A stretch of 64,000 nucleotides of DNA from a candidate division WOR-3 bacterium (GCA_037443805.1 JBBINQ010000008.1:3075-67074); one strand, 5' to 3'. Counted from the stretch's first letter, positions 51,952-61,035 are shown. The notes: generated from the sequence alone by a model not told the origin. A program made the numbers and translations.

Positions 51952-51966
51952 ATATTTAACACAAGA

Positions 51967-52737
51967 ATGCCCGGAAAAAAGTTAGGACAGCATTTTTTGA
52001 ACAATATCTCTATAGTAAAAAAAATTATTAAATTTGCCCACATAGAAAATGAACCGGTCCTTGAGATTGGTGCAGGAAAAGGAATATTGACACGGGAGAT
52101 TGCAAAAAAAGCAAAGATTGTCTATGCCATAGAGATTGACCCTCAATATGCAGATATACTTGCAAAAAAGAATATTCCCAATACCGTAATAATAAATACA
52201 GATTTTCTATCACTTGACTTGAATGATTATAAAGATTGTATTATTGTGGGCAATATTCCGTATTATATAACGACCAGAATTATTGAAAAATTGGTCCAGG
52301 AACGGAATAAATTCTTACATGCGGTCCTGACAGTCCAGAAAGAATATGGAGAGCGGCTTCTAACAAAGCCCGGCACTACAAAATACAGTTCAATCACCTG
52401 CTATGTTAACTATTATTTCAATGTCGCAAAAGGTTTTAATATTTCACCAGGATATTTTACACCACCACCAAAGGTGAGTTCAATGGTGATTGGATTATAC
52501 CACAGAGAACCACTGTTTTTGTTAAATAATGAACAGAAATTTTTTGAATTTATTAACGGCATATTTCGCTACCGTCGCAAGACCCTGAAGAACGCCCTGA
52601 TTAATTATCTTGGTTCTTTACCTGCTCTTACTGATAAAGAAATTCTCAGAAAAAGGCCTGAACAATTAGGATTAAACGAATTTTTCCAATTATATGAAAA
52701 TATAAAAGAAGATATTCTGCTGAATAAACAAGAATGA
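51967..52737 (+). CDS. rsmA: 16S rRNA (adenine1518/1519-N6)-dimethyltransferase
   Basis: LGQHFL, EIGAGKG, GNIPY motifs. Confidence 0.9.
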   Translation: MPGKKLGQHFLNNISIVKKIIKFAHIENEPVLEIGAGKGILTREIAKKAKIVYAIEIDPQYADILAKKNIPNTVIINTDFLSLDLNDYKDCIIVGNIPYYITTRIIEKLVQERNKFLHAVLTVQKEYGERLLTKPGTTKYSSITCYVNYYFNVAKGFNISPGYFTPPPKVSSMVIGLYHREPLFLLNNEQKFFEFINGIFRYRRKTLKNALINYLGSLPALTDKEILRKRPEQLGLNEFFQLYENIKEDILLNKQE

Positions 52738-53780
52738 AGACAAAGGTTTATATCAAAGAAGGCACAAATCTGAAAGATTCAATCAGTGAACTATTTGAAG
52801 CATTCGGATTAAATGATTTAAAATATAAACGGGTATTTGTGAAACCGAATATGTTGCGCATTGCCCATCCTGAAGAGTGTGTCATTACTGACCCGCAATT
52901 GATTAAATGGACAGTGGACTATCTATTAAAAAATTCAGCCAATGTAATGGTCGGTGACAATCCTATTCCGCAGCCACTCAATGAGATTGAAGTTGCCCGT
53001 CAATGCGGATTTTTTCAGGCGAGTCAAGGATGTTTTAAAAATATTGGCCGCTATGTGCAGAAAATAAGATTAAAACATAAGAGCGTAAAAGAGGTCTATA
53101 TTTCAAGGGATATACTGGACGCAGATATTGTGATATCCTTACCAAAATTCAAGACCCATGAATTGACCATACTGAGCATTGCAATAAAGAATCACTTTGG
53201 TCTTATTCCCGGCGGGATGAAACCCCATTTACATGCGCAATGCACTTCACTTGATGATTTTTGCAAATTATTATTAGAACTGTATAATCTAAAAAGACCA
53301 GCGTTGATTATTGTTGATGCCCTGAATATTCGTGATGCAAATCATCGGTTATTCAAACTGAACAAGGTCATTGCCAGTAATGACCCCTGGGCAGTAGAGT
53401 ATGTGTGTTCACTTATGGCGAATTTAAATCCTGAATATCATCCTTTATTGAAGATTGGTTTGAAACAAGAATTATTTGACCCAAATAACATTGAAATCAT
53501 CGGCACATTAGAGCCGCTCAAAGATTTTTCCCTGCCACCTGGATTGTTTTTGAGAAATATATTCTCGGGTATTGGTAGTCGCATATTTGCAAAAGTTCAG
53601 GACCTCAGGGTAACATATATTGACCATCTGCTCTGTAATAGATGCCGTGCCTGTGAAAATGTCTGCCCGACCCGTGCAATCAGTAATTTTAATATTAATA
53701 CCAGAAGTTGTATAAAATGCTATTGTTGTTTTGAAGTCTGCCCTGCCGGTGCAATAAAGAAAAGGCTGAGGATTATATAA
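52734..53780 (+). CDS. DUF362-domain protein with C-terminal 2x[4Fe-4S] ferredoxin motifs
   Basis: CNRCRACENVCP and CIKCYCCFEVCP clusters. Confidence 0.75.
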   Translation: MKTKVYIKEGTNLKDSISELFEAFGLNDLKYKRVFVKPNMLRIAHPEECVITDPQLIKWTVDYLLKNSANVMVGDNPIPQPLNEIEVARQCGFFQASQGCFKNIGRYVQKIRLKHKSVKEVYISRDILDADIVISLPKFKTHELTILSIAIKNHFGLIPGGMKPHLHAQCTSLDDFCKLLLELYNLKRPALIIVDALNIRDANHRLFKLNKVIASNDPWAVEYVCSLMANLNPEYHPLLKIGLKQELFDPNNIEIIGTLEPLKDFSLPPGLFLRNIFSGIGSRIFAKVQDLRVTYIDHLLCNRCRACENVCPTRAISNFNINTRSCIKCYCCFEVCPAGAIKKRLRII

Positions 53781-53783
53781 CAC

Positions 53784-54665
53784 TCAATATTGGAATATTT
53801 TCATCTCATTGTCTTTAATATAGCACCAGGACATTGCCTGCGTATTATTCACACATAGTATTCTTCCTTTTCTGTCTATACCAATTATGCCAGCACGACA
53901 CTTATTCCTGGTCGCATAATCAATCGCCAGTTTGCCTGCTACAGAAGCAGAATATTTTGTTAGAAGTGAAACAGTGTGATAGGCAAGGAATGTTTTCATA
54001 ATCATTTCACCGTGTCCAGTAGTAGATACGCCACCATAACGATTTGCATATGTCCCTGCACCGATGATCGGTGTATCACCGACCCTGCCTGGCAGGTGCA
54101 ATGATATTCCGCCGGTTGAGGTGCCTGCAGTTATCTTACCATCTTTATCCATCGCCACAACGCCAACTGTTTCATACAATTCTTTTAATATTTGCAATTT
54201 AGGAAAATAATCGCCTTTTAATTTCTTTTTTGCAATGAGCCACATCTTCTCTTTTTCTTTTGTTTTGGGATTATGGTATTTGATGCCATTAAGACGGGCA
54301 AAACGGAGTGCACCTTCTCCGCATAATAATAGATGGTCGGTCTTTTCCATTATCAGACGCGCAATCTGAATTGGATAACGCACATTTTTGATTGCAGCCA
54401 CTGCTCCGAACCTGCCATCAGCAGTCATTATTGATGCATCCATCTCAACTTCACCAGTTAGACTCAATGTTGAACCAGTTCCGGCATTGAAAATTGTAGT
54501 ATCCTCTAAGACCATTATCGCCTTTTCCACAGCATCAAGGCTTGAACCACCCTGTTTCAAAATTTCATAACCCACATTTACTGCCTCTTTTAAACCCTGG
54601 GCACGACGGTATGGAAAGTTAATGCCGCCTGCCCCGCCATTGGCAATGATTACAAGATTTTTCAT
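53784..54665 (-). CDS. iaaA: Isoaspartyl peptidase / L-asparaginase (Ntn hydrolase, plant-type)
   Basis: GVVAMDKDGKITAGTSTGG with the autoproteolytic Thr; GAGxYA motif. Confidence 0.85.
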   Translation of the reverse strand: MKNLVIIANGGAGGINFPYRRAQGLKEAVNVGYEILKQGGSSLDAVEKAIMVLEDTTIFNAGTGSTLSLTGEVEMDASIMTADGRFGAVAAIKNVRYPIQIARLIMEKTDHLLLCGEGALRFARLNGIKYHNPKTKEKEKMWLIAKKKLKGDYFPKLQILKELYETVGVVAMDKDGKITAGTSTGGISLHLPGRVGDTPIIGAGTYANRYGGVSTTGHGEMIMKTFLAYHTVSLLTKYSASVAGKLAIDYATRNKCRAGIIGIDRKGRILCVNNTQAMSWCYIKDNEMKIFQY

Positions 54666-56722
54666 TTCTGCCTCGCTATCTTTCCTATTACGCTGAAACT
54701 TTTATCTTTTACAAGAATAAAATATATTCCTGCACCTACATCTTTGTGATTATTGTCTTTCCCATCCCAGAATATTTTTTTATTAACAATTGAAGAGGGC
54801 TCAAATTTCCTGATGAGCCGACCCGCAATAGAATAGATATAGACGGTCGGCATCACATTATCAGGAAGGTCAAGAACAATCTCACAGTCTTTCTGGAATG
54901 GATTCGGTACTGAATAGGGAATGGCAAAATTTGTTACATTGACCTTTACAAATTCTGACAGGTCGCTCTGATTTCCATAAAAATCTTCGGCATAAAGCGC
55001 ATAATAATATTCTCCTTTTAATTTATTGAATATATATAGTGTAGTATCACAATAATTATTACGAACATATCTATTAGAGATGAGTTCATATAATTTTATA
55101 TCATCAATATAAACACCGCCATTATTAACACTTCCATTAGAACGGTAATAAATTTTTAATGGCTCATTCCCTTCAGGCAGAATAAGGCGACAATGCTGCC
55201 AGGTTCCAGACCTACCATAATATACATATTTTTTTGCACCATATTCAATAATCAGGGAGTCAGCCATATCTTCAGTATTATAAAACAGATAAAAATCGAG
55301 CAGGGCTAAATTGTCTATCTTCAAATTCGTTCTCGTGATCAATGAATTATTGAGATTATTACTATTCCCTGAGAAGAAAGAGCCTGCACCATTATGGCTG
55401 ATATTTTTAACCAGTGAAAATCCATTGAAGAGCCATAAACTTGAATCCTCACACGGGTCATCAAATAGTAATAGAGTATCGGTCAATTCAATCACATTAT
55501 AGACAACCGGGCTAAGGTCAAATGAGCGGTTCCAGAATAGTGTGAAGTCATTATCTTTTCCCATACCACTCACTGAAACTATGGGACAGGTAGGTCTTAT
55601 ATCGTCCTGTCCATAGAACCAGTTAAGAAAATTTGCCCAACCCGATTCATTGTAGTCTAATAGCAGATAAATGTTTATTAAATTTTTAAATTCAATATAA
55701 CGGTCAGGAAAAAATGTCGTTATTCCGGTGAGCCGTGAAAGTTCAGCACCCCATGATGCAGTGGCAATGATGGTCTGGTTGTAAATATTATACAGATCCT
55801 GGTACTCTTTTTTTGTATTATAATCCTTTAGCAAACGCAGAAAATCACCAAGGTCAATGTAATCATCCTCAGTTTCTGGATTCGGGTCAGTAAGGGATAT
55901 AGTCTGGACCTGAGCCCTTAAATCTTTTATGCCTGAATCAGGAGGATTCTGCATAATTTTTTCAAGATTCTTCAGCGCATTTTTCAAATCAATTAGATTC
56001 TCAAGATTTATTGCTGAGATTGCTGATTCAATGGTTGTCGTATAATAATCTCTGCATCTATTAACAATCTCTTTTACCAGTTCATTCTCATTTATATCAG
56101 GGTCTTGTTTGAAGATATAAAAAATGGATTCATAGGGAAATCCACTCAATGGCCAGACAGTCTGTGGTCCAAGGCAGAATTTTGCATAGTCTTTTATCTC
56201 ATAGGCAATCTCAATCTGCTGCATATTGCAGGCATCAAAACCAATGATGTTTAGATGCTTTTTTGTGGCATCATAAAAAGTCTTTAATGCCCGATTCAGG
56301 TCTCCATTGGCAATGCTCATCTCTGTACCGGCAGACCAATCACTTCCAAAAGTGCGATGTGGTGCTAATGTCCAGCCTGTGCCATGGTCCCAGAGAATAA
56401 GTAGATATTTTTTGGCAGGAAAATACATTACACTCCACTGGAGAAAATCACTGAGTGTTTGCCAGTCACACATATCAATCGTGCCTAAATTGGCTAAATT
56501 ATAAAGTGTATCCTTTGCTACATAAAAGCGGTTTGCTCCAATATAAGGTTTATCAACCTGAGCAATGATGGCGAGTTCATCATTTGAGCCAATGGCTTTC
56601 ATTTCAATAAGGTCTGAGTCAGCCAGTGCACTGAGAGAGTTGTCTGCCGCCATATATACCATCACGGTCCATTCACGGCAGAAAAGGGTTAAAGGAATGA
56701 ACAGGAGAATAAGAAAACGCAC
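54662..56722 (-). CDS. Clostripain-like (peptidase C11) cysteine protease with T9SS C-terminal sorting domain
   Basis: Signal peptide; LLILWDHGTGW (catalytic His) and IGFDACNM (catalytic Cys); C-terminus ...GAGIYFILVKDKSFSVIGKIARQK. Confidence 0.75.
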   Translation of the reverse strand: MRFLILLFIPLTLFCREWTVMVYMAADNSLSALADSDLIEMKAIGSNDELAIIAQVDKPYIGANRFYVAKDTLYNLANLGTIDMCDWQTLSDFLQWSVMYFPAKKYLLILWDHGTGWTLAPHRTFGSDWSAGTEMSIANGDLNRALKTFYDATKKHLNIIGFDACNMQQIEIAYEIKDYAKFCLGPQTVWPLSGFPYESIFYIFKQDPDINENELVKEIVNRCRDYYTTTIESAISAINLENLIDLKNALKNLEKIMQNPPDSGIKDLRAQVQTISLTDPNPETEDDYIDLGDFLRLLKDYNTKKEYQDLYNIYNQTIIATASWGAELSRLTGITTFFPDRYIEFKNLINIYLLLDYNESGWANFLNWFYGQDDIRPTCPIVSVSGMGKDNDFTLFWNRSFDLSPVVYNVIELTDTLLLFDDPCEDSSLWLFNGFSLVKNISHNGAGSFFSGNSNNLNNSLITRTNLKIDNLALLDFYLFYNTEDMADSLIIEYGAKKYVYYGRSGTWQHCRLILPEGNEPLKIYYRSNGSVNNGGVYIDDIKLYELISNRYVRNNYCDTTLYIFNKLKGEYYYALYAEDFYGNQSDLSEFVKVNVTNFAIPYSVPNPFQKDCEIVLDLPDNVMPTVYIYSIAGRLIRKFEPSSIVNKKIFWDGKDNNHKDVGAGIYFILVKDKSFSVIGKIARQK

Positions 56723-57006
56723 AGCAAATTCTATTGAATTTTTGGACTATGTCAATATAACCATTCTGCTAATCGTAATTCGTTATACGGTTGCGAAAAG
56801 CGTTTCGTGAATCGTCAAGAGTCTATGGTTATATACACAAATAACCATACCCTTAACCGAAACGGGCATCGTTACCATAGCCTCTTACCCATTTCCCTTA
56901 ACCATAAACCATACCGGCATCCACGCCCTATATAATTAAAATACCTAAAAGTCCAAAACTTGTCCTGATGGATATCAGGATACCTAAATGCCAAAAGGGA
57001 AACGAT

Positions 57007-57047
57007 CTCCCTCAGTCCCCCTTTACCAAAGGGGGAGTGAGGGGGAT
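57007..57047. repeat. Long near-perfect inverted repeat CTCCCTCAGTCCCCCTTT-ACC-AAAGGGGGAGTGAGGGGGA (related to the CCTCCCC/GGGGAGG element)
   Basis: ~18-bp arms, one mismatch and one bulge; 15 bp upstream of the lysA promoter -35. Confidence 0.7.
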
Positions 57048-57061
57048 TTTAAAAATATTAC

Positions 57062-57089
57062 TTGACTTTTTTTGAAAAATATATATAAT
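57062..57089 (+). promoter_or_regulatory. sigma70-like promoter (TTGACT-16-TATAAT) for the lysA leader
   Basis: TTGACT 57062-57067, TATAAT 57084-57089. Confidence 0.6.
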
Positions 57090-57095
57090 GAGCAC

Positions 57096-57164
57096 ATGCT
57101 AAAATATTTTAAGAGATACTGGATGAAGAAGCATGTCCTAAGGATGGGCTTTTCGTTCCCATGA
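57096..57164 (+). CDS. Candidate leaderless 22-codon leader peptide (MLKYFKRYWMKKHVLRMGFSFP) of a transcription attenuator
   Basis: ATG 6 nt after the -10; four Lys codons including tandem AAG AAG. Codons 16-19 contain GGATGGGCTT, a near copy of the terminator's right arm. The stop lies 20 nt before the terminator stem. Confidence 0.3.
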   Translation: MLKYFKRYWMKKHVLRMGFSFP

Positions 57165-57184
57165 TAGAGCGTTTTATGGACGAT

Positions 57185-57212
57185 AAGCCCACCAGCAGGT
57201 GGGCTTTTTTAT
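57185..57212 (+). terminator. Intrinsic terminator / attenuator hairpin (AAGCCCACC-AGCA-GGTGGGCTT, then TTTTTT) within the lysA 5' leader
   Basis: 9-bp stem plus T-run, 33 nt upstream of lysA ATG 57245 and its GAGGAGG RBS. Confidence 0.75.
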
Positions 57213-57244
57213 TGCCATTTTTTTGATAGATGAGAGGAGGTATT

Positions 57245-58465
57245 ATGCAGGATAGCCTAAAAACATTGCGCAGGTATCTTAATAAAGAAACGGTTGAAAC
57301 ACCTTGCTATGTGTATGACCGAATAAGGATAATAAAAAATATTGAAATCTTGAAGCAGCATTTTTTGAAAATTGCCAAACTCTTTTTTGCAGTAAAGGCG
57401 AACACCAATATCGCTATATTAAAATTGATAAAAAGCCAGGGTATTGGTGCTGAGGTAGTCTCACCCGGTGAAATTTTTGTCTGCCTTAAAGCGGGTTTCA
57501 ATCCAGATGAAATTCTTTATAATAATGTCGCACGCAAGATAGAAGAAATTCTATATGCACTTGATAATGGTGTAATTTATTTTAATTTTGAAAGCATTGA
57601 CCAGGCAATCCTCCTGGAAAAAGCAGCAAAGATGCGCGCCAGAAAAATAAATATCTTTGCCCGTATAAACCCTGGCATCTTTTCCAAAACCCATCCGCAT
57701 CTTTCTACTGGCTCTAAATTCAGCAAATTCGGGATGACAATACAAGAGATAAAACAGAGTCTTTCATTAATAAAAAGATTCAGATATGCGAAATTGGTCG
57801 GCATCCACTGCCATATTGGTTCTCAAATACTATCTCCAGAACCATTTGTCAAGGCGAGCAAAAAGGTTGGGCAAACAATAAAATTACTTAGAAGGAATGG
57901 CTTTGATATTAACTATGTAAATTTCGGTGGTGGGTTTGGTGTTCCTTATCTGCCCCAGGAAAGACCTCTTGATTTTAAACCCATTATTGACTGTTATGGC
58001 TCAATAAAGGATAAGTATGAGGTAGAAATAATGCTGGAGCCAGGAAGATTCTTTGTCGCAAATGCCGGCTATATTCTTAGCCGTTTGATTGATAAAAAAA
58101 CAAGGAATCATATACCAGTATATATGATTGATGCAGGTATGACCGAGAATCCCAGGCCTGCGCTCTATGATGCGTATCACCATATTGAGCCATTATGTAT
58201 TAACTCAAACAAACGGATAAAAGTGCGCGTTACAGGTCCGCTCTGCGAAAATGCAGATGAGTTTGGATACTATTCTCTGCCCAATCTGAAACTTGGCGAG
58301 TATGTTCTAATTCATAATTCTGGCGCCTATACAAGGACTATGGCATCAACCTATAATGGAAGACCTTTGCCCGCAGAATATCTGATTGATAATGGTATAA
58401 AATTAATAAAAAGAAAACAACCTTTAAAAGGATTGATTGAAGATGAACAATATCAGAGTTTTTAA
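57245..58465 (+). CDS. lysA: Diaminopimelate decarboxylase (PLP-dependent, Orn/DAP/Arg decarboxylase family)
   Basis: FAVKANTN PLP-lysine motif, GGGFGVPY, EPGR; followed by lysC and ddh. Confidence 0.85.
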   Translation: MQDSLKTLRRYLNKETVETPCYVYDRIRIIKNIEILKQHFLKIAKLFFAVKANTNIAILKLIKSQGIGAEVVSPGEIFVCLKAGFNPDEILYNNVARKIEEILYALDNGVIYFNFESIDQAILLEKAAKMRARKINIFARINPGIFSKTHPHLSTGSKFSKFGMTIQEIKQSLSLIKRFRYAKLVGIHCHIGSQILSPEPFVKASKKVGQTIKLLRRNGFDINYVNFGGGFGVPYLPQERPLDFKPIIDCYGSIKDKYEVEIMLEPGRFFVANAGYILSRLIDKKTRNHIPVYMIDAGMTENPRPALYDAYHHIEPLCINSNKRIKVRVTGPLCENADEFGYYSLPNLKLGEYVLIHNSGAYTRTMASTYNGRPLPAEYLIDNGIKLIKRKQPLKGLIEDEQYQSF

Positions 58466-59699
58466 AGTTGGTGGCTCAGTCCTTTCTGAACCAGAAGATT
58501 TTTTAAAGATTGCACAGTGTATCTTGCAATTTCAGGATTCAAAGGTCTGTCTGGTTACTTCAGCAATAAAAGGGCAGACCGACGAATTAATTAAGACCTA
58601 TACAAAGGCAATCCCCCAGCCTGATTTTTACAATTTTGAAAAATTTGTAGGTATGGGCGAGCTTCAATCTGCTTTAATTTTTGAATCCGCATTCAAATAT
58701 TTAGGAAAGGATGCAAAGGCAATATTACCGGATAGACCAGAATGGCCTATCCACATCTCATTGAAATCCAAAGCCCGTCTCAGCCAGTATAAAATAAATG
58801 AAAAAAGGGACTTCTCAGTTCTTTCAAAATCAAAAATAATTACCCGGAAATTTATTCTTCCTTTGCTCAGAAAAAATACGATTCTCATTATACCCGGATT
58901 CATTGCCCGTGATGAAAAAGGGAATACATTAACCCTGGGCAGGGGTGGAAGTGATATTTCTGCGCTATTAATGGCAGAATTGTTAAAGTCATCAGAATTA
59001 ATTTTGATAAAGGATGTAGGAGGTATCCTGAGTATGGACCCGAAAATTGTAACAGATACAAAAATGATAAAAAGACTCACCTGGGCAGAACTTGGCGCAC
59101 TTGCTGCGTCCGGTGCTCAGGTATTGAATCCGATATCATTAAAACATCGGAAGAATTTGCCAAAACTGCGGGTGATCTCCAATAATGGGACGACCACCAA
59201 AAGGGATGGAACTGAAATCTTATTTGATAAAACAATCTCCATCACTGCTTCTAATAAAAATTATGGTGTGCTCACCTTTATTGGTGAAAAAATTCCTGAG
59301 ACACCAGGAATTCTGAGTCAGATTGCCTCAATCCTTGCCCAGAAAAAGATTGCAATAAATTCAATCACGATTTCGGACAATCTTCTCGCAATATATGTTT
59401 TACAAAAGAAGGCTGAAATCGCTTATAAATTATTAGCACCATTAATTTCTAAATCAAAGAACCTGAAGGCATTAAATTTGAAAAAGGATATTGCGAAGAT
59501 TGTTATCCGCAGTTTGCATTTTATCAATGAACCAGGAGCAATAAAAAATATTGTTGCACCTATTGCCCGCGAAAAGATAAATATCTGGGAGGTTCTGACC
59601 GTGCATACTGATATTATGATCTTTGTTGAATCCCAGGATTGTGCACGGGCATATAAGATAATCAACGGATTATTCAAAAAGGAGAAGAATGGAAAATAG
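58437..59699 (+). CDS. lysC: Aspartate kinase with C-terminal ACT domains
   Basis: VFKVGGSVL, VTSAIKGQTDEL, LTLGRGGSDISAL, AELGALAASGAQVLNP. Confidence 0.85.
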   Translation: MKMNNIRVFKVGGSVLSEPEDFLKIAQCILQFQDSKVCLVTSAIKGQTDELIKTYTKAIPQPDFYNFEKFVGMGELQSALIFESAFKYLGKDAKAILPDRPEWPIHISLKSKARLSQYKINEKRDFSVLSKSKIITRKFILPLLRKNTILIIPGFIARDEKGNTLTLGRGGSDISALLMAELLKSSELILIKDVGGILSMDPKIVTDTKMIKRLTWAELGALAASGAQVLNPISLKHRKNLPKLRVISNNGTTTKRDGTEILFDKTISITASNKNYGVLTFIGEKIPETPGILSQIASILAQKKIAINSITISDNLLAIYVLQKKAEIAYKLLAPLISKSKNLKALNLKKDIAKIVIRSLHFINEPGAIKNIVAPIAREKINIWEVLTVHTDIMIFVESQDCARAYKIINGLFKKEKNGK

Positions 59700-60720
59700 T
59701 AAAATAAAAGTTGCAATTGTTGGTTATGGAAATCTTGGTCGGGGCGTAAAAGAAGCGATCAATAAAAATAGCGATATGGAACTTACAGAGATTATAACGC
59801 GCAGACCCGATTCAATAAAAAAATCAGTTAAAAATATTCCTGTTTTTAGTATGGATAAATTTGAAGTCCTTGCTGATGTAGCCATCCTCTGCGGTGGTTC
59901 AAAAGAAGATATTTTCGGAACCGAGAATAATACACTTGAAAAGATTAGAATAAATAATCCATATACACATGGTCAGGGGCTCTATTTTGCCCAATTTTTT
60001 AACACGGTGGATAGTTTTGATACACACAAAAGGATTCCTGATTATTATCGCCAGATAGGTCGGATAGCGAAATTGAACCGGCATACATCAATCATCTCTG
60101 CAGGCTGGGACCCCGGCACTTTTTCTCTGGAAAGGGTTATGGCTGATGCATTTATGCCTGAAGGCAGAAATTATACATTCTGGGGACCAGGAATAAGTCA
60201 GGGACATTCTGATGCAGTGCGCCAGGTGCCTGGAGTTCTGGATGCAAGGTCATATACCATACCAATAAAGAGTGCCTTAAAAAAGGTCAGGCAGGGCAAG
60301 AATCCTGTCTTAAGACCAGGCCAGATGCACAAGCGTGTCGTCTATGTGGTTGCCCACGACGATGCAGACAAAAATGAGATTGCTGATAAAATAAAAAAGA
60401 TGCCCAACTATTTTGCTGACTATGATACAAAAGTAATCTTTGTTTCTCAGGATAAATTGAACAAACAGCATAAAGGCTTTCCCCATTGTGGTTCAGTAAT
60501 ATTCTCTGGGAACACAGGAAATCATAATAAGGCATTCATTGAATACAATTGTTTATGGGATAGCAACCCTGAAGCAACGGCGAACATCCTTGTTGCCTGT
60601 GCCCGTGCCTGCTACCGATTAAATAAGGAAAAGAAATATGGCGCCCTAACAATGCTGGAAATCCCACCGTTATACTATTCAATCCACAATAAAGAAGAAC
60701 TGCTTGAGAACTATATGTAG
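59689..60720 (+). CDS. ddh: meso-Diaminopimelate D-dehydrogenase
   Basis: VAIVGYGNLGRGV, SAGWDPGTFSL, FWGPGISQGHSDA closely resemble Corynebacterium Ddh. Confidence 0.88.
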   Translation: MENSKIKVAIVGYGNLGRGVKEAINKNSDMELTEIITRRPDSIKKSVKNIPVFSMDKFEVLADVAILCGGSKEDIFGTENNTLEKIRINNPYTHGQGLYFAQFFNTVDSFDTHKRIPDYYRQIGRIAKLNRHTSIISAGWDPGTFSLERVMADAFMPEGRNYTFWGPGISQGHSDAVRQVPGVLDARSYTIPIKSALKKVRQGKNPVLRPGQMHKRVVYVVAHDDADKNEIADKIKKMPNYFADYDTKVIFVSQDKLNKQHKGFPHCGSVIFSGNTGNHNKAFIEYNCLWDSNPEATANILVACARACYRLNKEKKYGALTMLEIPPLYYSIHNKEELLENYM

Positions 60721-60977
60721 TAGGCAGTGGTTAGTAGGTAGTATGTAGTAGGTAGTAAGTAGGGAATAATGAAACCAAACAGATGCAGTATCGCTTCGCT
60801 TGCAGTATCATCTATGATTGGAAGGGTAATAATGGGTTATCAAGGGGAATCAGGGGATGGGAGGATATGTGGATGTGAAGTTGAGTGTTTGCGTGGATAT
60901 GAAGATGGGATGATAGTAAGGAGTAAGTAGTAGGTAGTTTGTATCAAGTATCCAGTATCAAGTATCCAGCGTCCAGT
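60718..60977. repeat. Heptad minisatellite copy C (AGTAGGC AGTGGTT AGTAGGT AGTATGT AGTAGGT AGTAAGT ... purine/T-rich spacer ... AGTAAGG AGTAAGT AGTAGGT AGTTTGT ATCAAGT ATCCAGT ATCAAGT ATCCAGC GTCCAGT)
   Basis: Starts within the ddh stop codon; strongly C-poor + strand; ends 25 bp before the -35 at 61003. Confidence 0.8.
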
Positions 60978-61002
60978 TGAAAATGGTCTGTTTTTTAATA
61001 TA

Positions 61003-61030
61003 TTGACAAACAGGTGATTATAAATATAAT
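61003..61030 (+). promoter_or_regulatory. sigma70-like promoter (TTGACA-16-TATAAT) 5 nt upstream of ATG 61036 (leaderless)
   Basis: TTGACA 61003-61008, TATAAT 61025-61030. Confidence 0.5.
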
Positions 61031-61035
61031 TTACT

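Noticed and set aside
57096-57244. Lysine (L-box) riboswitch upstream of lysA
   Set aside because: The leader is only ~150 nt and lacks the multi-helix junction length of L-box RNAs. Its features fit a peptide-leader or simple attenuator better, though this cannot be excluded without an Rfam scan.
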